Below, piece after piece: positions 53,763 to 62,630 of a stretch of DNA of 64,000 bases. The position numbers and the translations under genes are program-made. The stretch comes from a virus: the IMG/VR virus record IMGVR_UViG_3300036772_000425, positions 138,924 to 202,923 of that record; one strand, 5' to 3'. Each line of letters starts with the position of its first letter. Positions within the stretch are counted from its first letter, which is position 1. Below the pieces are notes generated by a model, which was not told the DNA's origin, made no database searches, and was given only the letters and a program-made list of their open reading frames with translations.

Positions 53763-54581
53763 ATGATGAGGATGTTGACAGCGCTCACGTTCATGAGCGT
53801 CGTGGGGTCGGTGGGTTGCGCCGGGGTGCCGAAGCACCTGGACGATGCAGGTAGGGCGGAGCGGGCACGGGATTCCGCTGTCTCCCTGGTGAAGTGGGGG
53901 ATCAGGGGCGAGGACGGGTTGGTCGAGGTCCCGCGCGGCACCCGAGGCGCGAAGCTGGTGGCGCACTGTTCCGGGGTCTGGGTCTCACAGGACACCTTCC
54001 TGACGGCCGGGCACTGCGTGGAGGACACCGGAGAACCCGCGTCAGATCCGTTGGCCCGGATCCTGGAGCGGCTCAGCGGTTTCAAGGTGCACTGGGATCC
54101 GTCCGGGCAGACCGTGCACTTTGCCATGCACGGTGACATCCAGGTCGGCAGGGTGCACGACAACGAGACCGTCCGCACGGGTAGGATCATCGGTTACGAA
54201 AGGACGGCTGACCTGGCACTGGTGCAGCACCTGCCCGAGAACGCGGACCTGGCCCTGCCTGACCATACGATCGTCAGGATCGCATCCGAGGTCAGGGTTG
54301 GCGAGGAGGTCGACGTGGTCGGTAACCCGCTCGGGCTCGAATGGAGCTACACCCGTGGATGGGTCTCTGCCCTGAGGCCCCGTTCGCTCGGCCCGCGCGA
54401 CGGTCGGGTCAACGCGGTCCAGATCTCAGCTCCCGTCTGGTTCGGATCCTCCGGAGGCCCTGCCTTGAACCACGAGGGCGAGCTCGTCGGCATCGCCTCC
54501 TGGGTGCAGGATGGGCCCAGCCTGGGATTCTTCGTGGACCCGTCGACGATCAGGGGCTTCCTGGCGCGGGCAACGCACTGA
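53763..54581 (+). CDS. secreted trypsin-like serine protease (S1 family), probable lipoprotein
   Basis: signal/lipobox VVGSVGCAG; His LTAGHC, Asp, Ser GSSGGP catalytic triad motifs; GGAGG SD. Confidence 0.8.
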   Translation: MMRMLTALTFMSVVGSVGCAGVPKHLDDAGRAERARDSAVSLVKWGIRGEDGLVEVPRGTRGAKLVAHCSGVWVSQDTFLTAGHCVEDTGEPASDPLARILERLSGFKVHWDPSGQTVHFAMHGDIQVGRVHDNETVRTGRIIGYERTADLALVQHLPENADLALPDHTIVRIASEVRVGEEVDVVGNPLGLEWSYTRGWVSALRPRSLGPRDGRVNAVQISAPVWFGSSGGPALNHEGELVGIASWVQDGPSLGFFVDPSTIRGFLARATH

Positions 54582-54864
54582 TCCACAACCTGATGTCGGC
54601 GGTGCCTGCCGACTCTGGGTTGAAGGTGTACCACTGGTCGAGGGTGTCGTCCCACAGCTCCACGTAGGCAGGCGACACCCTGATCACGGTGCAATCGTGC
54701 CAGGTGGGCTTGGAACCCGACCGCTGGCGCCAGGCGTGCACCCGATCGCCTGGGTTCGCTGTGAACTTTCCACCGACGATGGCAGCTGCGTCGGCCGAAT
54801 GCCTCTCGAAGGGCACCGCCCTTTTCCTGGGCATGGTGTACCGGATATCCTTCTTCGCCTTCAT
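54550..54864 (-). CDS. KOW-like small protein with NPGDRV motif (104 aa)
   Basis: internal Met with AGGAGA SD; FTANPGDRVHAW... Confidence 0.5.
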   Translation of the reverse strand: MKAKKDIRYTMPRKRAVPFERHSADAAAIVGGKFTANPGDRVHAWRQRSGSKPTWHDCTVIRVSPAYVELWDDTLDQWYTFNPESAGTADIRLWISALPAPGSP

Positions 54865-54904
54865 CGGAATCTCCTGTGGACCCGGGTGGGCACGGCCGGC
54901 CCGT

Positions 54905-55144
54905 TCAATCCTCGCACTGCACCCAGAGGTGCCTGAACGGGTCGCCCCGTTCGCTGCTGTCCAGGTCGATGCGCCAGAGGTACCCGCGGCACGCCCTACG
55001 GGCGATGGTCGGGCAGTCACGTTCCTCGCAGAACAGCTCGTAGATCGTGTGCCCGCCCCTGCTGCCCATGTAATGGATGTTGTACGGCATGCATGCCGCA
55101 AGGGAAGAGACGAGGAGCAGGACGAAGGGAAGGTGCTTCAGCAT
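54905..55144 (-). CDS. small secreted Cys-rich protein (79 aa)
   Basis: signal peptide MLKHLPFVLLLVSSLAAC; 6 Cys. Confidence 0.5.
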   Translation of the reverse strand: MLKHLPFVLLLVSSLAACMPYNIHYMGSRGGHTIYELFCEERDCPTIARRACRGYLWRIDLDSSERGDPFRHLWVQCED

Positions 55145-55156
55145 CGTCCAAGGATA

Positions 55157-55618
55157 TCACCCCAGCGGTACGTTGGACACCTGGCCACGCTGCCTGCACC
55201 ATGCCCAGTACTTGACGAGCGCATGGTCCTTGGGTGCCTCGGTTCCGAGCTCACCCCTGCAGAAGATCTCCCAGGCACGGGCTGCGTAGATCCCCACACC
55301 CGGCAGTTCACGTGCATGCGACCAGCCTCCCGTCAGGTAGGCCTGCGTCATCTTCCTCAGGTTGGCCGCCCGACGATCGCCGAAGCCCAACGAACGGATG
55401 CAATCCACCACGTCACGGTGCTCAGAAAGGAGGAAAGAGGCCGGGTCGTTCCAGCGTGCCATGAACCCAGGCAGGGTGCGCTCGACCTGCTTCCGACGGG
55501 TGCAGTTCAGGAAGAGACAGACGACCAGGATCCACCACTCGGACGACGGATCCGCCGACCACAGGTCCTCCTGGATCAGGCTGTACGGGCTCCTGGGCGG
55601 TACCCAACCCTGTTTCAC
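55157..55618 (-). CDS. MBD4-like HhH-GPD mismatch DNA glycosylase domain protein
   Basis: WVPPRSPYSLIQEDLWSADPSSEWWILVVCLFLNCT aligns with MBD4 [33 protein letters not shown]; start set to GTG (GTGA overlap) because track ORF overlaps upstream gene by 145 nt. Confidence 0.6.
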   Translation of the reverse strand: MKQGWVPPRSPYSLIQEDLWSADPSSEWWILVVCLFLNCTRRKQVERTLPGFMARWNDPASFLLSEHRDVVDCIRSLGFGDRRAANLRKMTQAYLTGGWSHARELPGVGIYAARAWEIFCRGELGTEAPKDHALVKYWAWCRQRGQVSNVPLG

Positions 55619-56193
55619 GGCTTGAACCGGAACGTCTGCAGGACCCTGGCTGCCTCCACGAGGGCGGCATCGTCCGTCACCTTGAAGCAACGATCGTCCG
55701 GAAGGTCCACGACAAGGTCCGTCAGATCCTCCTGAAGGACGCTGAGGCTGTGGTACCACGGACCCGTAAGGGTCCCATCCGATGCCTCAAACGTCCGCAG
55801 CACCCGTGCCTCCGCGTGCATGCCCAGGATCCCTGGGTGCAGATCGGCCAGCACGTTGCTGCATTCGCACACGTACATGTGCTCGATGCTCGTGTTGGCC
55901 GCCAGCACCTCGTCCCAATCCAGGTCCGAGAACACGGAACCCTGCATGCCGGGAGGGAGACCCAATTCCAGGATGTGCGCGTGGAGCCGTTCCGTCAATT
56001 CGGCAACGGCGATCACCCAGACAGGGACGTTGCCCGCCTGCAGCAGCTTCCAACCCAACAGCGTCAACCCCATGCCGGGCAGCACCCTCAGGCTGCGTTC
56101 ATCGGCCCTGACCACGAAGACAACCTTCCCAGCCCGGATCAGCCCCTCACCCAGGAGCTGGTGTTCGGCCGTCACCTCGGTCCAATCCTTCAT
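55615..56193 (-). CDS. nucleotidyltransferase (GlmU/MocA-like NTP-transferase fold)
   Basis: VVFVVRADERSLRVLPGMGLTLLGWKLL resembles N-terminal G-rich loop of sugar-nucleotidyltransferases; ATGA overlap start. Confidence 0.45.
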   Translation of the reverse strand: MKDWTEVTAEHQLLGEGLIRAGKVVFVVRADERSLRVLPGMGLTLLGWKLLQAGNVPVWVIAVAELTERLHAHILELGLPPGMQGSVFSDLDWDEVLAANTSIEHMYVCECSNVLADLHPGILGMHAEARVLRTFEASDGTLTGPWYHSLSVLQEDLTDLVVDLPDDRCFKVTDDAALVEAARVLQTFRFKP

Positions 56194-56840
56194 GCATCCC
56201 TCGTCGGCCACCAGTCGGGAGCCGTAACCTTGGGTTTCCACCGCGCAAAGCGTGCCTTGTCGCCCACGTAGAACCGCCTGTACGCGGTGACGATGTCCAT
56301 CTCCTGGGTCGCATCCTTCCAGGGCTGCTTGATGGCCCGTGCAAAAGGGGTGAGGCCAACGTTCGGAAGTTCGGGTTCAGAGTCCAGCAGCAGCTCGACG
56401 ACAACCTGCGTTGCATGGACACGCCCGTAGCGCCGGGTGTACTCCTCGCACAGTGCGAGACCGTGCAGGACAGCCCACCGGTAGTTGGTCAACGATTCCC
56501 TGACCCACAGGGCACACGGATTGTTGGTGTGGGTGTGCCTGTACGGCATGGTACCGTTCGGGAAGGCGGTGACCAGCAGCTGCGCGGTCTCCACTGGCAT
56601 CTTCGTGATGTGGGCGTTGCACTGCATGCGTGCAGCGATGACCGGATCCTCCGACAGGATGAACAGGTTCAAGATGGTGGCATCGGATGCATGCGCTCCA
56701 CGCACCAACCGCAGATCCTGACACCGTCGACGACCTTCCATTTCTTGCGACGTACGTACTGGGCCTCCACGTCGTCGTCGGCCACGTCTCCCGGAGGGAG
56801 TCGATCCGGATCGCCACGTTTCTTCTTGCACGATGGACAA
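56190..56840 (-). CDS. pyrimidine-dimer DNA glycosylase (T4 endonuclease V/DenV-like); true start probably internal
   Basis: ATILNLFILSEDPVIAARMQ vs T4 DenV TRINLTLVSELADQHLMAE; NYRWAVLHGLALCEEYTRRYGRVHA vs [27 protein letters not shown]. Confidence 0.5.
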   Translation of the reverse strand: MSIVQEETWRSGSTPSGRRGRRRRGGPVRTSQEMEGRRRCQDLRLVRGAHASDATILNLFILSEDPVIAARMQCNAHITKMPVETAQLLVTAFPNGTMPYRHTHTNNPCALWVRESLTNYRWAVLHGLALCEEYTRRYGRVHATQVVVELLLDSEPELPNVGLTPFARAIKQPWKDATQEMDIVTAYRRFYVGDKARFARWKPKVTAPDWWPTRDA

Positions 56841-56859
56841 CGATGCTTGATGGGAGAGC

Positions 56860-57060
56860 TCAATTCGTCACCTTCATGTCAGGACGTTTGATGAACAGCA
56901 CGCAGGCACCCTCCTTGGACTCGGAGGCTCGGGCCAGCAGGTTCATCAAGGTCTGCTTGGACAGGATGATGACGTGTCCATCCGACACGGTGCTGCAGGC
57001 CACCCCTTGGGTTCGGGCCAGCTCCCACATGTACTCTGTCTCGGTTGACTTGATGGTCAT
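56860..57060 (-). CDS. hypothetical protein (66 aa)
   Basis: internal Met of ORF 56860..57276. Confidence 0.4.
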   Translation of the reverse strand: MTIKSTETEYMWELARTQGVACSTVSDGHVIILSKQTLMNLLARASESKEGACVLFIKRPDMKVTN

Positions 57061-57113
57061 GAATTCTCCTTGTTCAAGTTTACCACCAATGCAGCAGTGT
57101 ATACACTGCCCGT

Positions 57114-57887
57114 ATGTCTCAACTCTGGTACGTGTACGTTGACTGGACTCTTGAAATCGATCCAAGACGATTTTATGTCGGAAAGGGCAACAGAGGTCGG
57201 GTGTATGCAACACAAAGTGGTGCACGAAATGCACTTCATGGTCATTTCGTGCGGAAATACGGCCTTCATCGAACAATCATGTTTGAAACACTGGATGAGC
57301 ACGAAGCCTATGCAGTAGAAAGGCACCTCATCAAACTCTACAAGACTTTCGCCCATGGCGGCGAAGGTTGGTTCGGTGCGAATCTTGACATGGGCGGAAT
57401 GGGTGGTGAATCCACTCCGAAATCACTTGAACATCGACAAAAGATTCGAGAGTTCATGAAGACAAGGGTTGGTTCTAAAAACTCTTTCTACGGGAAACGA
57501 CACGACCCTGGAACTATTCAAAAGATCAGAGAATCGATGCTCGGTGAGCTTGGACCATGCTTTGGTCGCACTGGTTCGGCACATCCCATGTTTGGGACAC
57601 ACCACTCCAAAGCAGCATTGAACAAGATGTCTGTCTCTCATCTCGGTAAGAGCTTGACACCCTCACACGTAGCAGCCATCAAACTTGGACACCAAAAAAG
57701 AAATGAGCAACGTCGTCAAAGGGATGCACAGCTCATCGAACTTGTGAATTCAGGATTGAGCGTGAAGAGCGCCGCGGCCCAACTTGGCGTCGGAGTCAAT
57801 ATCGTTTACGGAGCTTTCAACCGTCTACGATCGCTTCAAAAGTCCCAAAGTTCGGAACAAGTTCTTGTTGTAGCGAACGAAGGGTGA
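57114..57887 (+). CDS. GIY-YIG homing endonuclease with NUMOD3 repeats and C-terminal HTH (copy 2)
   Basis: MSQLWYVYVDW...FYVGKGNRGRV; repeats G.KHD/S..K.S; C-terminal SVKSAAAQLGVGVNIVY HTH. Confidence 0.8.
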   Translation: MSQLWYVYVDWTLEIDPRRFYVGKGNRGRVYATQSGARNALHGHFVRKYGLHRTIMFETLDEHEAYAVERHLIKLYKTFAHGGEGWFGANLDMGGMGGESTPKSLEHRQKIREFMKTRVGSKNSFYGKRHDPGTIQKIRESMLGELGPCFGRTGSAHPMFGTHHSKAALNKMSVSHLGKSLTPSHVAAIKLGHQKRNEQRRQRDAQLIELVNSGLSVKSAAAQLGVGVNIVYGAFNRLRSLQKSQSSEQVLVVANEG

Positions 57888-58400
57888 TGTTTGATCAGAG
57901 ATCAACGTCTCTATGTCTACCCACTTCACCACCCCAGCTTCATCAGTGTTGATTTCACCCTCAACCTGGCATGCGAATGTTGTGGTCGTGAACCCATCAT
58001 CATCCTGTTGTTCAAAAACCTGGTTGAGATGCACGGCAGTCAATCCAGTTTCTTCCTTGCATTCTCGAGCAGCGGCTTCTTCAGGTGTTTCTCCCGGATC
58101 TACTTTCCCACCAATCATGCCCCACAAGGTCGGATCGTCCTTGCGTGACACTGCCAGGACCTTGCCATCATCACGCAGGACAAGGCAGCATGCGGCATGG
58201 AGACCGCTCTGCAGGTCATGCGTACGATCGTTCGTCTCATCGTCCAGCAAGTTACCTCCAGATCCCTTGACGGGGGCGTCGTTCTGCAGGTAACCCATGG
58301 TGTACAGGTTACCGCCGTGCAGGTCCTTTCCGGCAGACCAAGGGTCCGCCCCGCCCAACACCTCCATCAGGTACCGTCGCAGTGCCGGAAGTCGCATCAT
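57825..58400 (-). CDS. NUDIX hydrolase
   Basis: Nudix box GGKVDPGETPEEAAARECKEETGL; start set to internal Met (ATGA overlap); 3' end overlaps convergent HEG by 63 nt. Confidence 0.7.
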   Translation of the reverse strand: MMRLPALRRYLMEVLGGADPWSAGKDLHGGNLYTMGYLQNDAPVKGSGGNLLDDETNDRTHDLQSGLHAACCLVLRDDGKVLAVSRKDDPTLWGMIGGKVDPGETPEEAAARECKEETGLTAVHLNQVFEQQDDDGFTTTTFACQVEGEINTDEAGVVKWVDIETLISDQTSPFVRYNKNLFRTLGLLKRS

Positions 58401-58402
58401 CG

Positions 58403-58753
58403 TCACCTGGAGCTGGGTTTCAATTCGTGGAACTTCGTGTTGAGGATGTTCCACAGGGTCTGCTCTGCTGCACTCCGGTCACCCTTGAAGTGGTTCATCA
58501 GGCCCGGGAACCGTTGGGCCGCGTACCTGACGACCTGCGCTCGGATCCCGGGCCACAGCGGATGACCGATCTCTGATTCCACGTCAGTCAACCAGGACTC
58601 AGCGAAGGATGTCGCCTCCGGGAAATCAGACGATCGCAGGCCGGTGAACGGCAGCTTGACGCCGGTCGCACGCTGCAACCTGCCCAGGAACCGATGGTCG
58701 AGCCTGAGCTCGACCATGTAGTCCCTGATCAACCGCCGCTCGACCAACCTCAC
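58403..58753 (-). CDS. hypothetical protein (116 aa)
   Basis: ATGA overlap with endolysin stop. Confidence 0.5.
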   Translation of the reverse strand: MRLVERRLIRDYMVELRLDHRFLGRLQRATGVKLPFTGLRSSDFPEATSFAESWLTDVESEIGHPLWPGIRAQVVRYAAQRFPGLMNHFKGDRSAAEQTLWNILNTKFHELKPSSR

Positions 58754-59916
58754 CTACGCCCACCGAACAGGGAACCCATGAACCCAAGGATGGTGGACAG
58801 CACTGAAGAACCTGACTGCTGGGCCGTGGCTGTGACCGGTTCCGGTACGGGTTCAGTGGGCTCAGGAACGGCAGGTTCGGTGGGTGCCTCGGGTTCAACC
58901 TCGGCGGGCGCCTCGGTGACCGGCTGCGGAGGCTCGGTAAGGGCAGGCAGCAACCGGTCAGGATCGACCCACTCCACCAACGGCCTGTTCCAGTTGGTGA
59001 GCACGGCACCTGTTCCCTCGGTGATCGCATTGTCGGTTCGGCCGCCGCCTGCATGGTCAGCAGATCCATGCTCGTCCACCGGACCCATCAACCACTCCAC
59101 GTGGTCGTCGTTCTTTCCTACGGTGTTGTACCGCAGCAGGCTGCCCGGTTTCGGCAGCGTGTGACCATCGAACTTGACGAGGGCGCCCAGGTCCTGCGCG
59201 ACCTGCCGGACCCAGGCGACCGCCATCCCGTTGACGTAGGGTTTGCTGAGAAGCGGGTGCTCAACACCGATCTGCTTCATGATCCCGAGCGCGGTGGTGG
59301 CACAGTTGGTGGCGATGGTCACCACCTTCTCTGGGTCGTCCACTCCGCGGGCCACCAACCTGCCCAGGTCATCGCGGCGGGCCTTGAGGCTGCATCCCAC
59401 GTACGACCTGACTGTCTCGATGATCTCTTTGGCGGCGTGGCCAACATCGTCGGGCGACGGTGGTGCCTTCTGGACGATCACCGTTCCCTTCAGGAAGAGC
59501 TCACGTTCGGCCTGGCGCCTGTTGACCAACCCTTGGATCACCTTCCCACCACCGTGTGTCCACTTCAGGAACTCATCGGCTGCGCCCTGCAGGTCACCCG
59601 TGTTCAGCTTCTTCAGCAGAGTCGAGGTGGCGAACGCTCCCACTCCCACATTGAAAATGAAGCTGGCGATTGCATCGCCCTGATTTTGGGTCAATGACAC
59701 CTTGACATCAACATCGATCGCTTTTTCAGCGACCTGCACGTCTTGAGCAAGAATGGTGAGAGCCTGCTCTCGGCTGATCCCATTTGGAAACGATTCACCG
59801 GGCCTTACAACGTGTCCAACTCCGATGGTGGAAATTCCGACGCTGTCCAGGTAGGTGTGAAGGACACACCCTTCCATCTGCATGATGAACTCGAGACCCT
59901 CAGGTGATACTTTCAT
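58750..59916 (-). CDS. endolysin: GH24 (T4-lysozyme-like) muramidase + central Cys/His domain + Pro-rich linker + C-terminal TM anchor
   Basis: EFIMQMEGCVLHTYLDSVGISTIGVGH vs T4 e [33 protein letters not shown]-rich linker; terminal LSTILGFMGSLFGG. Confidence 0.85.
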   Translation of the reverse strand: MKVSPEGLEFIMQMEGCVLHTYLDSVGISTIGVGHVVRPGESFPNGISREQALTILAQDVQVAEKAIDVDVKVSLTQNQGDAIASFIFNVGVGAFATSTLLKKLNTGDLQGAADEFLKWTHGGGKVIQGLVNRRQAERELFLKGTVIVQKAPPSPDDVGHAAKEIIETVRSYVGCSLKARRDDLGRLVARGVDDPEKVVTIATNCATTALGIMKQIGVEHPLLSKPYVNGMAVAWVRQVAQDLGALVKFDGHTLPKPGSLLRYNTVGKNDDHVEWLMGPVDEHGSADHAGGGRTDNAITEGTGAVLTNWNRPLVEWVDPDRLLPALTEPPQPVTEAPAEVEPEAPTEPAVPEPTEPVPEPVTATAQQSGSSVLSTILGFMGSLFGGRR

Positions 59917-60694
59917 GTCAGTAAGTATGAGTTCATACGTCTACATGGTCCAGAACGTTCTGTCGGGAAAAGCCTACATCGGTGTTTCGAAAGGAAACCT
60001 GCACAGGCTCCAAGAACACAGAGAAGGGATCAAATCGAATGAACACCTGCAGAACGCAATCAGGCGATACGGAGTTGAAAACTTCAGGTTTGAATCCATC
60101 GAAGAGTGGGACACGTGCGAAGAGGCGCTGCAAGCAGAGCATGATATCATCGTGTACCTAAAAGCGATGGGAGCCGTGCTCTACAACAAGACTGACGGAG
60201 GTCGAGGTTGTTTGAACCCATCGCCTGAAACGAGAATGAAAATGCGGTTGGCAAAGCTCGGGGAGAGATCGCATCGATGGGGCAAGAAAGATTCTGAAGA
60301 AACCAAGACGAAGCGTGCCAAGAGCGTAAGCAAGGCGTTGACGGGACGAAAACGAGGTCCTCATTCACCTGAATGGAACGAGAAGATCCGTCAAAGCAAT
60401 CTCGGTCTAAAACGGATCATCACTGAAAAGATGCGTGAGGCGCACAGGCTTAACGGCGAACGGATGCGTGGGAAACCCACACCCATGAACAAATGCCCAC
60501 CCTGGAACAAGGGTAAGAAAACGGGTCCGATGGACCCTGACATGGTGCGCCGGCGGGCCGAGCGCATCAAGGATTCAAAGCGTTCCGAACACACGAAAAC
60601 GATGATGAAAGCGAGCGCTCGGCTTCGAGAAGCACGCAAACGTTTCCGAAAAATGGCCCACCGTTGGCTGGGTCGAACCCACGAGACATCCTAG
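59915..60694 (+). CDS. GIY-YIG homing endonuclease with NUMOD3 repeats (copy 3)
   Basis: SYVYMVQNVLSGKAYIGVSKGNLHRLQEHREG; AGGTGA SD before Met-12 of track ORF. Confidence 0.75.
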   Translation: MSVSMSSYVYMVQNVLSGKAYIGVSKGNLHRLQEHREGIKSNEHLQNAIRRYGVENFRFESIEEWDTCEEALQAEHDIIVYLKAMGAVLYNKTDGGRGCLNPSPETRMKMRLAKLGERSHRWGKKDSEETKTKRAKSVSKALTGRKRGPHSPEWNEKIRQSNLGLKRIITEKMREAHRLNGERMRGKPTPMNKCPPWNKGKKTGPMDPDMVRRRAERIKDSKRSEHTKTMMKASARLREARKRFRKMAHRWLGRTHETS

Positions 60695-60900
60695 TCGGGC
60701 TTCGTGGCATGTTCCACGCACACGCAGTCATGGTCCACGACCTTCGGTACCGCGCCAGCAGCGCACTGCCGGGTCGCACAGTCCTGGGCGTTGCTGCATG
60801 CCACGAAGTACAGGACGATCGCCAGGATCAGGCCGAAGATGCCTCCGATGCCGTAGATGGCGAAATCGCCGTCCGATGAATCGACCATGTAATCAGACAT
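60691..60900 (-). CDS. small membrane protein (69 aa)
   Basis: ORF track; IGGIFGLILAIVLYFVAC TM. Confidence 0.45.
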   Translation of the reverse strand: MSDYMVDSSDGDFAIYGIGGIFGLILAIVLYFVACSNAQDCATRQCAAGAVPKVVDHDCVCVEHATKPD

Positions 60901-61768
60901 CGTCAGTTCCCTTTCCGTCCACGCACCACAGGGAATCGAACGCCGCGACGAACGTCGACCAGTACGGCTCCTTGAGCATGGAGTTGAAACCCCATGCGCT
61001 GAAGCTCGCTTTCACAGCGTCCCAATCCCTCACGGGAGAGCTGGACGTCATCGCCAGCAGTTCATCCTCCGTCCACCGTGCGAACTGGATCAGCTGCACG
61101 TTCCGGTTGAAGAAGGCGGCGGCCGTTGGTTCGGCGCGCAGGCACTCCGCGAGGGCCTCCACGTCAGTCGCCATCTCTTGGGCGCGCTTGTCACCGATCC
61201 CAGGGAGCCCCGGGATGTTGTCGGATCCGTCGCCGCGCAGTGCCTTCCATGTCACGTAGTCGTAGTCCACGGGTGCCTGCAGGAAGGACTTCGCCACGGG
61301 GTTGTACAGCCTCACGTTGGCATGCTGCTGCAGGAGCTGGATGAAATCGGTGTCGGAGGAGACGACCACGAACTGGGCGGCGGAGGAGGCGTTCCCGATC
61401 ACGTTGGCGATCAGGTCGTCCGCTTCGTAGTCGGGCTGCCGCATCACGCTGACAGGGAAGTGGGCCCTCAACAGGTCCACGATCAGCCCCTGCTGGCGCC
61501 TGTAGTCATCGTCGGCGCGAGCCTTCTTCACGTCAGCCGGTTTCGCTGGGTCCAGGATCACGTGGCGGTTCGCCTTGTAGTCCTCGAACAGCTGGTGCCT
61601 GTGCTTCGGGTGACCTTCTAGCGTGAAGTACAGCCTCGTCGGCTTGAACTGGGCGACCAGGGCCTTCAGGCCCCGGAAGAAGTTGAAGATCACGTTGAAA
61701 TCGCCCAGTTGGAACCCGCTGCGGGCCCGGTACATCAGGTTGTGACCGTCGATGAAGAGGATGGTCAT
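60893..61768 (-). CDS. 5'-3' exonuclease / flap endonuclease (T4 RNase H / PolA N-terminal-domain family)
   Basis: MTILFIDGHNLMYRA and RGDGSDNIPGLPGIGDKRAQEM motifs; start at internal Met. Confidence 0.8.
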   Translation of the reverse strand: MTILFIDGHNLMYRARSGFQLGDFNVIFNFFRGLKALVAQFKPTRLYFTLEGHPKHRHQLFEDYKANRHVILDPAKPADVKKARADDDYRRQQGLIVDLLRAHFPVSVMRQPDYEADDLIANVIGNASSAAQFVVVSSDTDFIQLLQQHANVRLYNPVAKSFLQAPVDYDYVTWKALRGDGSDNIPGLPGIGDKRAQEMATDVEALAECLRAEPTAAAFFNRNVQLIQFARWTEDELLAMTSSSPVRDWDAVKASFSAWGFNSMLKEPYWSTFVAAFDSLWCVDGKGTDDV

Positions 61769-61980
61769 GGCTGGTTCTCCTGGCCCAGGGCCTCCCGCAA
61801 CCTGAACATCCGGTAGTTCCAGCTGTGACCAGGTTGCCACACCTCTTCGAGGCAGTACCAGCGGTACCTGCAAGCGTCCCAGAAAGTGCTGAAACCCTTC
61901 TTGCTCACTTGGCTAGATTTTCCTTTCGTTCCTTCTTGCGTTTCTTCAACCATCGATCGTCCAGGCAGATCACCACCCAA
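61765..61980 (-). CDS. hypothetical protein (71 aa)
   Basis: ATGA overlap. Confidence 0.45.
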   Translation of the reverse strand: MGGDLPGRSMVEETQEGTKGKSSQVSKKGFSTFWDACRYRWYCLEEVWQPGHSWNYRMFRLREALGQENQP

Positions 61981-62004
61981 ACGTTGGTTGCCATGGCAAC
62001 ATGA

Positions 62005-62286
62005 TCAGGCAATTGCTGACCAATGTACACGGTGCAACCAATCCTTGGTGCGCTGCAGCAGCCCTGCCTCACCCTCTATCTCGCCGATGAGCCGAAGGAA
62101 CCAACCGGGCGGTGTGTAGCTGCCCAGGTAGCGTGTGAGGTGACGATGGTAGTACACCGTCATGTGGTTCTCGGGTTGGTGATCGAAGTAGATCCGGTAC
62201 CGCCAGGTCCACAGACCCGGCAGCGGATGGACTACGTACCTGGCGGTGCCGATCCCGTCGCCGTTCTCGTCGAGCTGGACCTTCAC
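62005..62286 (-). CDS. hypothetical protein (93 aa)
   Basis: ORF track. Confidence 0.45.
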   Translation of the reverse strand: MKVQLDENGDGIGTARYVVHPLPGLWTWRYRIYFDHQPENHMTVYYHRHLTRYLGSYTPPGWFLRLIGEIEGEAGLLQRTKDWLHRVHWSAIA

Positions 62287-62630
62287 CTGTCCTCCGGGAA
62301 CTCCGCATCGATGATGCTGTCGAGGGCGCGCTGGACGGTGTTGATCCTGTCGTACACCCGGCCCATGCGCCTCTTCACCAGTTCCTTGACGCCCGCCATG
62401 ACGAGCCAGTCCCGATTCCGTTCCCAGATCCTGACGAAGGTTGCCAGCGGCACGTCGACACCGTTGATCCGGATCTCCACCTCGACGTGCTTCGCGGTCT
62501 CCTTCAGGTTGAAGACCTCGATCGCGTTTTGGTCACCCGCCGCCTCCGTCAGGGCGCCCAGCACCAATTGACCGGTGAAGGTCCGGTTGATGATCTCATC
62601 GGACAGGTTGAGAATTTCCTTCACTTCCAC
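62283..62630 (-). CDS. hypothetical protein (115 aa)
   Basis: ATGA overlap. Confidence 0.5.
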   Translation of the reverse strand: MEVKEILNLSDEIINRTFTGQLVLGALTEAAGDQNAIEVFNLKETAKHVEVEIRINGVDVPLATFVRIWERNRDWLVMAGVKELVKRRMGRVYDRINTVQRALDSIIDAEFPEDR

